Positions 1 to 33,900 of a stretch of 64,000 nt of DNA are shown piece by piece; the first letter of the stretch is position 1; each line of letters opens with the position of its first letter. The DNA lies in the NCBI GenBank assembly GCA_002269645.1, contig NIVC01000458.1:176617-240616 (forward strand), in the 5' to 3' direction. This DNA comes from Macrostomum lignano (taxonomy: Eukaryota). The notes beneath the pieces were generated by a model, which made no database searches, was not told where the DNA came from, and was given only the letters and a program-made list of their open reading frames with translations. Made by a program: the position numbers and the translations under genes.

Positions 1-40
1 TTATAAGTGCCACAATTCATGTGCTCCAATTGAAAAAAGA

Positions 41-104
41 TAGCCTAGATGCGAACAGACTGGACTGCTAATGTAGCGATCTGGGTTCGAATCTTAGTAG
101 CGCA
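41..104 (+). ncRNA. tRNA-derived (tRNA-Ser GCT-like) Pol III cassette / SINE head, copy 1
   Basis: A-box-like TAGCCTAGATG, anticodon-arm-like CTGGA-CTGCTAA-TGTAG, T-arm CTGGG-TTCGAAT-CTTAG (B box), then a T-run shortly after. No acceptor stem. Confidence 0.5.
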
Positions 105-167
105 AAATGATTTTTTTATTAATACAACTTAAAAACAAAAAACTGCTAAACATAAAAGAAGCGCAAT

Positions 168-457
168 TTCAAACATAGAAGAGCCACCATGTCAAAAATA
201 AAAGAGCCACCATATCGAACATAAAAGAGTTACCATGTAAGACATTAAAGAGCCACCATGTCAAACATTAAAGAGCCACCATGTCAAACATAAAACAGCC
301 ATCATGAAGAACATTAAAGAGCCACCATGTCGACCATTAAAAGAGCCACCATATCAAACATAAAAGAGCTACCATTAAGAACATAAAAGAGCTACCATTT
401 AGAACATAAAAGAGCCACCATATCAACATAAAAGAGCCACCATGTCAAACATTAAAG
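168..457. repeat. 23-bp minisatellite (GAGCCACCATGTCAAACATAAAA)
   Basis: Direct tandem copies inside Helitron A. Confidence 0.9.
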
Positions 458-558
458 ATATACAATTTCAAATGTAAAGGTATAAAGCGCCATGCCAATT
501 TAAAGGAGCCACTATAAAGCTAAGGAAATTGTTGCACTTAGCTACTTATTGTCTGGTG

Positions 559-643
559 GATGCTTGCTATTTGGGGATGCTTGCTATCTGGGGGATGCTT
601 GCTCTCTGGGGGATGCTTGCTATCCGGGGGATGCTTGCTATCT
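559..643. repeat. 18-bp minisatellite (GGGGGATGCTTGCTATCT)
   Basis: Direct tandem copies inside Helitron A. Confidence 0.9.
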
Positions 644-1187
644 TCTTATTACTTGTAGAGAACAGAGATTCTATACAGATGTCCCCCAACGGGGGGCGAA
701 GATTGCTAGTCCTATATACTAAAAATGAGTTGTCTGTGGGTATATAGGTATGCGATTGATTTAAGAAAAACTGGCTCAACTGATTTTCTTCAGATTTGTA
801 CCATTCGATCAGAAATTTTCCTGGGACGGTACATGCATCTTGGCTAAGAAATGGCTCAATTCTAAAGGGATTAAATATTCGAAAAACATGCTTTCTGCAA
901 AGGTCAAGCAGCTCTTTCGACCTGAAATGCATTGTAAGAATGCTAGAGAAAAAAACTGACTGACTGAATTCCAATTGTGATAAGGATTAAATCACAACCA
1001 GTTGTAAACAGTGCCGAAGAAATGCACACGACTTGATTTAAATTGCGTAACCAATATTGCTAACTTGAATTGAGACTGATACTGGCTGACTGAGAAATTG
1101 ATTGTGTCATAAATTTTTACTCTAACTGAATTGCTGTAAGAATTGAAGTATAAGGGCCACAATTCATGTTCTCAAATTAAAAAGAGA

Positions 1188-1251
1188 TAGCCTAGATGCG
1201 AACAGACTGGACTGCTAATGTAGCGACCTGGGTTCGAATCTTAGTAGTGCA
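1188..1251 (+). ncRNA. tRNA-derived Pol III cassette / SINE head, copy 2
   Basis: Near-identical to 41-104, with A box, B box and downstream T-run retained. Confidence 0.5.
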
Positions 1252-1312
1252 AAAAGATTTTTTTTATTAAAACACCTTAAAAACACAAAATGCTAAACAT
1301 AAAAGAAGCACA

Positions 1313-1532
1313 ATGTCAAACATAAAAAAGCCACCATGTCGAACATTAAAGAGCCACCATGTCGAACATTAAAGGCGAACATGTCGAACATTAAATAGTC
1401 ACCATGTCTAACATTAAAGGCTACCATGTCAAACATATATATGACTCCATGTCAAACAATAAAAAGCCACCAAAACATAAAAGAGCCACCATGTCAAACA
1501 TAAAAGAGACACCATGTCAAACATAAAGAGAC
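1313..1532. repeat. 23-bp minisatellite, second array
   Basis: Same unit as 168-457. Confidence 0.85.
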
Positions 1533-1627
1533 ACAATTTGAAACGAAAAAAAGAAGCGTCATGTCGAACAAAATGGAGCCATTATAAAGCTATAGAAATT
1601 GTTGCACTAGCTACTTGTTCTCTGGTG

Positions 1628-1978
1628 GATGCTTGCTATTTAAGGATAGATACTTGCTATCAGGGGGATGCTTGCTATCGGAAATATGCTTGCTACTAGG
1701 GTAACTTGCTATTGGGAGATGCTTGCTCTTGGGGGTGGTGGGTACTTGCTATCTGAGAGTGGTTTGCTAGCTATCTATAAGGACTCTTTGTATCCAGGGA
1801 TGCTTGCTATCTGAGGTTGCTTGCTATCCGGGAATGCTTGCTATCTGGGGGTTGCTTGCTATCGGGGGGATGCTTGCTATCTGGGGTTGCTTGCTATCTG
1901 GGGGGTGCTTGCTATCTGGGGGATGCTTGCGGTCTGGGGGATGCTTGCATGCCGTCTGGGGATGCTTGCTCTCTTGGG
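1628..1978. repeat. 18-bp minisatellite, second array
   Basis: Same unit as 559-643, partly degenerate. Confidence 0.85.
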
Positions 1979-2022
1979 ATGTTTTCTTTTTAGAGGGAAT
2001 GTCTGTTGTTTTTTTGAAAGCT

Positions 2023-3221
2023 CGAACATTAAAGAGCCACCATGTCTAACATAATAGAGCCACCATGTCGAACATTAAAGAGCCACCATGTCGAACATTG
2101 AAGAGCCACCATGTCTAACATTATAGAGCCACCATGTCAAACATAAAAGAGCCACCATGTCAAACATAAAAGAGCCACCATGTAAAACATAAAAGAGCCA
2201 CCATGTCAAACATAAAAGAGCCACCATGTCAAACATAAAAGAGCCACCATGTCAAACATATATGTGACTCCATGTCAAACAGTAAAGAGCCACCATGTCA
2301 AGCATAAAAGAGCCACCATGTCAAACATATATGTGACTCCATGTCAAACAGTAAAGAGCCACCATGTCAAGCACAAAAGAGCGACCATGTCGAGCATTAA
2401 AGAACCACCATGTTTAACATAAAAGAGCCACCATGTCAAACATTAAAGAGCCGCAATGTCAAACATTAAAGAGCCATCATGTCTAACATTAAAGAGCCAC
2501 CATGTCTAACATTAGAGAGCCACCATGTCTAACATTAAAGAGCCACCATGTCGAACATAAAAGAACCACCATGTCGAACATTAAAGAGCCACCATGTCCA
2601 ACATTTATGTGACTCAATGTCAAACATTATAGAGCCACCATGTCAAACATAGAAGAGCCACCATGTCGAACATTAAAGAGCCACCATGTAAAACATTAAA
2701 GAGCCGCAATGTCAAACATTGAAGAGCTATCATGTCTAACATTAAAGAGCCACCATGTATAACATTAGAGAGCCACCATGTCTAACATTAGAGAGCCACT
2801 ATGTATAACATTAGAGAGCCACCATGTCTAACATTAAAGAGCCACCATGTCAAACATGCCACCATGTCGAACATTAAAGAGTCACCATGTCTAACAATAA
2901 AAAGCCACCATGTCGAACATTAAAGAGCCACCATGTCAAACAGTAAAGAGCGACCATGTCAAGCAAAAAAGAGCCACCATGTCGAACATAAAAGAACCAC
3001 CATGTCCAACATAAAAGAGCCACCATGTCAAACATTAAACAGCCGCAATGTCAAACATTAAAGAGCCATCATGTCTAACATTAAAGAGCCACCATGTATA
3101 ACATTAGAGAGCCACCATGTCTAACATTAAAGAGCCACCATGTCGAACATTAAAGAGCCACCATGTCTAACATAAAGAGCCACCATTTCAAACATAAAAG
3201 AGCCATCATGTCAAACATAAA
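2023..3221. repeat. 23-bp minisatellite, large third array (about 50 units)
   Basis: Same unit as 168-457. Confidence 0.95.
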
Positions 3222-3326
3222 ATTTACACAATTTCAAACGTAAAAGTAAGCGTCATGCCAATTTTAAAGGAGCCGGCCACTATAGAGCTAAGGAAATTGT
3301 AGCATTAGCTACTTATTGTATAGTGT

Positions 3327-3588
3327 ATGCTTGCTATCTGGGGGCTGCTTGCTATCTGGGGGATGCTTGCTATCCGGGAGGGGGGATGCTTGCTATCTGG
3401 GGGCTGCTTGCTATCCGGGAGGGGGGATGCTTGCTATCTGGGGGCTGCTTGCTATCTGGGGGATGCTTGCTATCTGGGGGATGCTTGCTATCTGGGGGAT
3501 GCTTGCTATCTGGGGGATAATGCTATCTGGGGGATGCTTGCAATCTGGGGGATGCTTGCTATCTGGGGGATGCTTGCTGTCTTGGGAT
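3327..3588. repeat. 18-bp minisatellite, third array
   Basis: Same unit as 559-643. Confidence 0.9.
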
Positions 3589-4062
3589 GATTTCTTTTTG
3601 CATTACACTTTATTTGAGCAGTTTGTCTGTTGTCTTTGTGAAGGCTTTATTTGGCTGTCTTTTTGTTACTTGTAGAGAACAGAGATTCTATCCAGATGTC
3701 CCCCAACGGGGGGCGAAGATTGCTAGTAGCTAGCTAAAGCTCAACGCGCGACTGCGACCAAAGGCAAATGGGTTTCGTTTTGGATTTAACAACCGGCACT
3801 CGTATCGGACTATTGCACATGTCGCAAGTTGACGTTGTTGGGGCTTCGAGTTCCCAGTTGGGCGAACGAGTAAGCGAGAGTCCGCAATGCAATGCATGTT
3901 TGACGATCTCATTCAACTGGACGCCGATGAAGTTGAAGCTCCTCAGCTGATATCAATGAAATGGATCTTATGCAATTGGACAATACGCCGGTCTGTTCTA
4001 GTGCAAGAAAATTGGTGCTTCGTAAGTTTAGCGAGGTTCTGTCAAAGCAAGAGCTACTCCTG

Positions 4063-4647
4063 GGGCCGATTTCACGAAACAGCTAGCAGTTAGCAGTTAG
4101 CAGCAGCTAGTTTAGCCGTGCTATTTAGACGCGTCTGAAAAAGTGGTTTCACAACACCATGCTAAAAAGCAACGGCTAGTTGCGTAGAAGCGCAGAGCAG
4201 TCAAGATTTGTTCCCGTGGGGACAGAGCACAACTTCGCTGCGTAGAAGGCGCCAGCTGAGGACCAATTCTTTGCACAAGATGCTCCGCAGTAGCTGGACT
4301 CAGTCGGAATCTTTGTGTGAATTTAGCACTGACAGCGAAATTCCGTCTATCGAGGTAAACTCGTGGCTCCCGATGCGGACCGTCTTGTAGGAGGTTATGA
4401 AGATAGAGGAAATTCATTGACTAACCAGGGTTGAGGCTGGCTGAAAAGCAGCTGCTAGTTTAGCCTTGCTAGTCGACGTCTGCTAGCTTCGTGAAATCAA
4501 CTCTCCCACCCTCGGCACCCGATCTGACCTGCTAGCCATAGACAGCTAGACGCTGCTACTTAGCAGTCACTTTGAGAAACCCAGCCACTGCTTTTAGCAG
4601 TTAGCAGTGGCTAAATAGCTGTTAGCAGTGTTTCGTGAAATCGGCCC
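4063..4647 (-). mobile_element. Internally deleted PIF/Harbinger DNA transposon
   Basis: 18-bp TIRs GGGCCGATTTCACGAAAC (4063-4080) and GTTTCGTGAAATCGGCCC (4630-4647), a 3-bp CTG target duplication on both sides, subterminal TAGCAGT repeats, and a transposase fragment inside. Confidence 0.85.
4121..4417 (-). pseudogene. N-terminal fragment of a HARBI1/Harbinger transposase
   Basis: FTQRFRLSPATAEHLVQRIGPQL...ALSPREQILTALRFYAT matches the HTH region of Harbinger transposases. It is truncated before the DDE domain. Confidence 0.8.
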
Positions 4648-6290
4648 CTGCAATCCGGCGACAGCCGATATTGAACATCTAGTCACTGGATTGCGCATCT
4701 TCTACGCTCTTCTACGCTTACGCAAGATTGATGGCGGATTTTATGCGCCTGCTTCATTGATTACCGCTTGAGCTGGTCCATTCCGCTATCTACTTCGTGT
4801 CTGTGGACTCAATATCATCGAGGATCAACGTTTCGGAAAGGCCAATCTTCAATTCAAACCCACCGCTGCCAATGTTCATCAAGTTATGTAGCTCCGTGAA
4901 ACCGTTCTGTGCTTTGGAGACAGAGGATTTGGAAAAGCAACGCCGCTACTTTTACCGAAGTGATCCCTTCTGGACCGAATCTCTTCAACAGGAGATGTAC
5001 TACGTGCTTGCTATCCACTTTTTGTTCGCAGGCCTATTGACTGAGTTGAGATTCTGGCTCGCTTGAATTTTTGCTGAAGTGCTTTGCTCAATGTGGTTTG
5101 GCCATAGACATTTAAAGCGTGCAGCAATTTGGCTTCATTGGTGGACCCCTAAAAACCCGTCCAAAATGATACAATGAAGAATACATAAGCTAATTGGTTC
5201 AGCCATAATGTAAATTAGCCACTGAAATGTACATGACAGATTTAGGCTGGAACAACCGAGGAAGGTAAAAAAAATTGGGCGGCGGGCGTAGAGTTCGGTG
5301 TGGAGTTGGAGGTTTTAAGCTTGGGCGGGGGTAAGAGCCAATAAATGAGCTTTGGCTTTAAAAAAACATTAAAATGCTTCAGTTTAACTTGCTACTAAAC
5401 TGAGAGTAGCTTGCACGCAAATGTGCTGAGTGGCCCATCTAGTTATTCTAGTATGTGTTCTTACCTAAAAGATCAGCCCATTGAGTCATGGCACCTCAGA
5501 AACTTCTTGAGCCTTGGCATTTCAAAAAACTATTAATTTACTTACAGAGCATTTCATCATTTGTTAAAATCGATTGAAAGTCACCCTAAACACGAGCGCT
5601 AATGTTTTTAAATATACAGGGCCAAACAAAGAATGTTAAAGATGTAAAAAACTTCTCTTGCAAATTTCCATACATAGGAATAGAAAGAAAGTATAAATGA
5701 AAAGAAATTATATTGAGCATTCGAGATAGTGTCTTTATATTTAGGAGTTAAATTAATCCAAACAAATAAACATTTGGAAGATTAAAACCAATTTTTCCGT
5801 TAGAAATTAAGTAAAAGCAAATAAAATAAGCAACGCAAAGTCGGCAAAGTGTGAAAAAATACTTGATGGAATGAGTTTCATCAAGCTGAATTTCATACTA
5901 AAATTTTGTCAAAGAGTCGAGTCGAGGTGCAGCGCAGACGGAAAGGCAGACGGCATGTGCGCATTTTGTACTGCTTGAAAATATTTAGAGGTGGCACACA
6001 AACAGCATACAGGAAGGCAGACAGGTAGGTGTCTTATGATTGTTATCTGAACACCAGAATAAGCTGCAGTTTCTTGAATAAACCTTTGGCAAGTCATATT
6101 CAATAGTTTGATAAAATATAAAAAAGTAAATAACAATTTTTCAACTGAACGAGTGCGAATTATACTGAAAGTAGCATGCTGTGCATTTTCACAAAGCAAA
6201 ACAAGAAATCTGTAGCGAAAACTGAAAAAATAACTGGATGTATTTCGATATATTTCCAAGCATTATAACCCCTTTATATATATAGATGGG

Positions 6291-6745
6291 CGCTGATTGG
6301 TTGGAAGCTTTTGATATTTTCTTACCCCTGGATGCACACTGATTAGTTGGAAGCTTTCCTATTCTCTTCCTCTTGGATGCTCGCTGATTGGTTGGAAGCT
6401 TTCCTATTCTCTTCCTCTTGGATGCTCGCTGATTGGTTGGAAGCTTTCCTATGCTCTTCCTCTTGGATGCTCGCTGATTGGTTGGAAGCTTTCCTATTCT
6501 CTTCCTTTTGGATGCTCGCTGATTGGTTGGAAGCTTTCCTATTCTCTTCCTCTTGGATGCTCGCTGATTGGTTGGAAGCTTTTCTATTCTCTTCCTTCTG
6601 GAAACCCGCTGATTGGTTGGAAGCTTTCCTATTCTCTTCGTCTTGGATGCTGTTCTATTCTCTTCCTCTTGGATGCTCACTGATTCGTTGGAAGCTTTTC
6701 TATTCTCTTCCTTCTGGAAACCCGCTGATTGGTTGGAAGCTTTTC
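6291..6745. repeat. 45-bp minisatellite (about 10 units) containing CTGATTGG
   Basis: Unit GCTGATTGGTTGGAAGCTTTCCTATTCTCTTCCTCTTGGATGCTC. Confidence 0.95.
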
Positions 6746-6864
6746 TGTTTTATCCTCTAGATGAAAATTCATTATTTGAATAATTCCAAAATTTCCATTT
6801 ATGCGCAAACCAAAGTTCGAAATGATGCACAAAACAAAAGAAAATAATGGCAGAAAAAACATTT

Positions 6865-8883
6865 CTAAAAGCCCATGTCGTCGTGAATTTGGCCAACTAG
6901 ATGCGTAGCCACAGCGTCAAAGTGGAGCACGGCTCCAGCCACTACAAACAGGTGCCAGATAGCGTGCGCAAATGGCAAAATGCCGTCCAGCTTGAAAAAG
7001 ACTACGCCAAATACGTAGATTGCACCGCCCAGAATCAGCTCGAAAAGGCCGTCAGGATTTTTCTGTAATAGTTGTTAATAATAAGTATTCAGATAACTAG
7101 GTTCAAGCATACGGGCAAATAACTTCAGTACTTACCATTCTTAGGCTGACAAGTACGCCAGGAGCAATACCGACAACCAAGTAGAGCGAAACTTCCAGCC
7201 ACTTGTGCCTGAAAGTTATTTATTCACTAGCTGACTAACAAACTTTAATATCCTTTGTTGATTATTACGCCTCAGCTGATTGGCTGGCTAATTTAATTGG
7301 CTTTCATACTTCGTTTCAGCTGATTGGCTGGCTATTCTAATTGGCTGTCATACTTTATGTCTCAGCTGATTGGCTGGCAATTCTAATTGGTTGTCATAGC
7401 ATATATCTACGCTTGAAAGGTACATTTAATGTAATCCATTTAAAAGTGACTCACTTCTCGTGAAACAAAAGTTGATAAGTGATGCCAAGAATAGCGGCAG
7501 TCCAAACGGTATACATACAACTAGTGCCAATATCGTATTCGAAATCGCGCAATACAAGCCTGTGGGAAGCAAAACAGTTATTCAAAAGTTTTTCACCTAG
7601 CTTCATGGAATATTGTGCAAAAAAGGGTTCGGAAAACGTTTCTCACCAAGGCGTATAGCTGGCAGCAATAAAAATGTAGATAAACACGCGATCGCATCTG
7701 TGAAAAATCTCTTTTAGTTGGCTGCAAAGAATTAATAAAACAGAGATGCTACTGATCAAACTACACTACTAACAGTAGAAATAAAAATGTATATAGATAT
7801 TGCAAATATAAGCTCAACGCTTACCAAGGCCCGCCGCGGAAGGCGAATATGTGAAATAGCGAAGAGATTAAAAACAGGCAGATGCCGGAGGCGCCGTAAA
7901 TAAGCGAAGTGATAGTCTGGGCGCTGTCAGCGGATCGGCTCAGCATGGTGTACATGCGGTACAGCGATGCCGGTATCATGAACAGGTGGGAGAGAATGTT
8001 TGCGAGATGCTCTTGCCTAGTTGGCACGTAGGGCTGGCCCGGCTGGGCCCGCTGGTTTTTGTACCTTAGGGGGGGGGTGATGAGAAGAAGTGTCTTAGAT
8101 TGAAGCAGTCCGGCTTTTAAAGTGCACTATAGTATATATGTCATGGGGTGCCGTAGCCTTATGGTCTATCGCGGCGCTCTGGTGTGCCAGCGGCCTAGGC
8201 TCGATTCCAAGTGCAGTCATATTAATTCGAGGCTAAATTGGAATCTCGGCTTGGCTCTGCTCGTCAAATTAACGGCCTTGAGGGCCAACCCCCAAAGCAA
8301 CAGTGAAGAGTACATCAGCATAACGATAAATAAAGTTAGTGCCGCTGTACACATAAGAGAGGGTGTTGTCTGTGCCGGACCAGATTCTTGGCATAGGTAC
8401 GTAGATCATTGGGAGACGCCTGGTATTGATAGACTAGTTAATAACTCTTACGTACGAATAACAATCAATAACCTTAGCAACCATTCAAGGTCATCAGTAT
8501 CTAACAATCAACAGTCAAACACAAAAAGATAAACAGCAAAACAAAATTAAGCGAATAAATTTTTTTAAATCTAAAGCAACCTATAAGTAAAGAAAAGATC
8601 ATGCATGAGGGACTGTCAGGGACAGCAAAGGTATTTAAGCTAGTCAAAAAAAATGTCAATTGTCAATTAAAAATCTTACAATGATGATAAAAGTCCATTC
8701 GTTTAACAAAACATGATGTCGTTATTAGCTCTGCGGCGAGTTTGCCAGAAGTTTGCCAGAATTTACAAATAAGTCGTATTGATAAGTCAAACAAATAATA
8801 GTTTACAATATTTATTCACTAACTCACTTGCTAAGGTTGAGCTGACTCGCTGATTTAACCAGCCGCCTGTGAATGTCTGTCAT
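6865..8883 (-). CDS. MMD: Monocyte-to-macrophage differentiation factor-like (PAQR10/11, haemolysin-III family) 7-TM protein, 248 aa
   Basis: Exons (minus): 8883-8828, 8064-7825, 7721-7647, 7559-7455, 7208-7136, 7062-6865 (747 nt, all GT-AG, phases consistent). Family motifs: YVPTRQEHLANILSH, STxFH-like SSLFHIF, FHRCDRVFIYIFIAASYTPW, FHEKHKWLE, GVVFFKLDGILPFAHAIWHLFV. A probable 5'UTR intron lies at 8885-9252 (GTAAGT...CAG). Confidence 0.93.
7272..7392. repeat. Short degenerate tandem repeat (3 units, CAGCTGATTGGCTGGC core) in an MMD intron
   Basis: Three diverged copies of about 46 bp. Confidence 0.6.
8145..8335 (+). mobile_element. Candidate tRNA-derived SINE in MMD intron 1
   Basis: GGGTGCC-GTAGCCTTATGG (A box) ... 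GGCTCGATTCC (B box with one mismatch), followed by a body of about 120 bp ending in an A-rich ATAAATAAA tail. Confidence 0.5.
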
Positions 8884-9057
8884 GCTGTTGACAATTTTTT
8901 AGTTAGAAATAAGAGCAGGCATTTATACAGCACCAGCTCGCTGCTCGCGGCTGCAACCCGCTGGAACGGAAGACTGTAAAATACAAAACACAATAAGGCT
9001 TTGATAGTTACTATATCGTGGATTGAAAGCTGCAAAGGCTTGTGGGATAGGTAGGAA

Positions 9058-9245
9058 GAGTGTAAATTGGGGTAGAGGAAAGTGTTGGGTCTGGAATAGT
9101 GTACATTGGGGTAGCGGGGAGGTCTTTGATCTGGGAGAGTGTACATGGGGTTAGGGGAGTGTACATTGGGGTTAGGGGGGAGCATTGGGTCTGGGAGAGT
9201 GTACATTGGGGTAAAGGAAATTGTTTGGTCTTCGAGAGTGTACAT
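9058..9245. repeat. Degenerate GTGTACATTGGGGT-core minisatellite
   Basis: Several diverged G-rich units inside the putative MMD 5'UTR intron. Confidence 0.7.
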
Positions 9246-9730
9246 CACTTACGGACGGGAATAAGTCAAGACAAAAAGTTCTAAAGATCGATAATAACCT
9301 TGATAAGATTAGTTAACCGATGGCGCATAACTAAAATGTAATCTTATGGCTAAACTGTCACAAAGTGTAAAAAATGGAATCAATAAGAAGTGCAACTAAT
9401 TTAAAATAAAATATATTTTAACAGCTTTTTAAAAAAATTAAACATAACGACGAACCAATAATTTAACACGAAGACTCTAGGTTACTATGTGAGGATCTAG
9501 GAGTAAACGCTGAAGTTAATTGCGTTTCAAGTGCATGCGTACACACGTACTACACACGTGTGTGTATCTGCTAATATTACAAGTCGGGCATCACAAATAT
9601 TTTTATATCTGCGGAGACGCATAGGGTACTCAGGGAAAAAATATCAACCAAAACGTGCGAGAAAAAAGTCCAAACCCTTTTTGAAGAAAAATATGATCAT
9701 TTGACCTTATATGGTGGCTGGATTGACTGA

Positions 9731-10030
9731 GTGACATTGGGGTGGGGACTGGCTGATAAGCGGGAAGTACATTGGGGTGGGGGACTGGCTGATAGGAGGG
9801 AGTACATTGGGGTGGGGGACTGGCTGATAGGCGGGAGTACATTGGGGTGGGGGACTGGCTGATAGGCGGGAGTACATTGGGGTGGGGGACTGGCTGATAG
9901 GCGGGAGTACATTGGGGTGGGGGACTGGCTGATAGGCGGGAGTACATTGGGGTGGGGGACTGGCTGATAGGCGGGAGTACATTGGGGTGGGGGATTGGCT
10001 GATAGGCGGGAGTACATTGGGGTGGGTTGA
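9731..10030. repeat. 35-bp G-rich minisatellite (about 8 units)
   Basis: Unit GAGTACATTGGGGTGGGGGACTGGCTGATAGGCGG. Confidence 0.95.
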
Positions 10031-10749
10031 TAGGAAATGAATGAGACAGCAATCGGTATCGCTGGCTCGGCGCAATTGCAACGAAAATTCCGTATAGAAA
10101 TATATTAGAACACATACGAGTATTAAATCTGAAATTGAATTTACGGGGAATGTACTAATTTTACTTAATAAAAAAATCTTTACCACTTGACAACAATCAA
10201 TTCATGCATTGTAATAATATATTCAAACTACAGAAATTATATATCGCGGTAGTGTGGAATATTCAATAGTACATTATGAAACTAAATACACAAGTGGGAT
10301 GAAAATGATTATTTGAGGGGAAACAGGCGAGATAGGTTAGTTAACTTAATAAATTATGAATATTTCTGGAAATAGTTGACGCAAAGATTAAAGCTGAAAG
10401 GCATGCAAGTAAAGTATTTTTACTTTACGAATATATGCAGGACTCCCTCCTAACGCTCCAAAATAGCCTTGCTTGTTAAACAAATATTGAAATTTGAATT
10501 CGTGCCGGAAACGAACAATCCTAATAAGGACACCAATAACATAAAAACGCTCTTAAAAGTATTTTAAAAAGCACGAAATAAAACTTCAAAATTTATTTAA
10601 TGAATACAAAACTATAATTGCAATCAATATGAGTTCAAATATAGGTTTGTTCTGATTTAAACAAGCAATCAACACGCTTATGGTCTAGTCCAGTTATAGA
10701 TATAGATACAGTATGCTGTATCAATAAAAGTGCATCCCGCCAGGCCAGC

Positions 10750-33771
<23,022 letters not shown>

Positions 33772-33900
33772 GACCGCCAATTTGTGGCTGGCTTTGCTTA
33801 CTGTTTCTGAAGTTATTAAACAGTGAGAGCAAAACATTACACAAGTAATTTGTTTATTTATTTGGCTTCCATTGTGAATGACAAAACCAATACCACAACT

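Larger units (their letters stand above)
1..709 (+). mobile_element. Non-autonomous Helitron, copy A (5' end lies outside the window)
   Basis: The 3' end has a GC hairpin GTCCCCC-AAC-GGGGGGC (681-697), an 8-nt spacer, then CTAG (706-709). This is the canonical Helitron 3' terminus, and the same terminus recurs at 3698-3726. Confidence 0.7.
710..3726 (+). mobile_element. Non-autonomous Helitron, copy B (full length, with internal VNTRs and an internal duplication)
   Basis: Starts TCCTATATACTAAAAATGAG (5'-TC Helitron-type start) directly after the CTAG of copy A. Ends hairpin + GAAGATTG + CTAG followed by T. The interior repeats the [23-bp array][linker][18-bp array] module twice. No Rep/helicase ORF. 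Confidence 0.7.

Noticed and set aside
41-104. A functional tRNA-Ser(GCT) gene
   Set aside because: No acceptor-stem pairing, no long variable arm, and a mismatch in the anticodon stem; kept only as tRNA-derived.
567-974. 135-aa minus-strand ORF that looks protein-like
   Set aside because: It is antisense to the Helitron 5' terminus and runs across the Helitron junction into the 18-bp array.
4651-5150. Protein-like minus-strand frames flanking the Harbinger (also 3730-4060)
   Set aside because: They switch frame and hit stops repeatedly, and no family is recognisable; at most a decayed coding relic.
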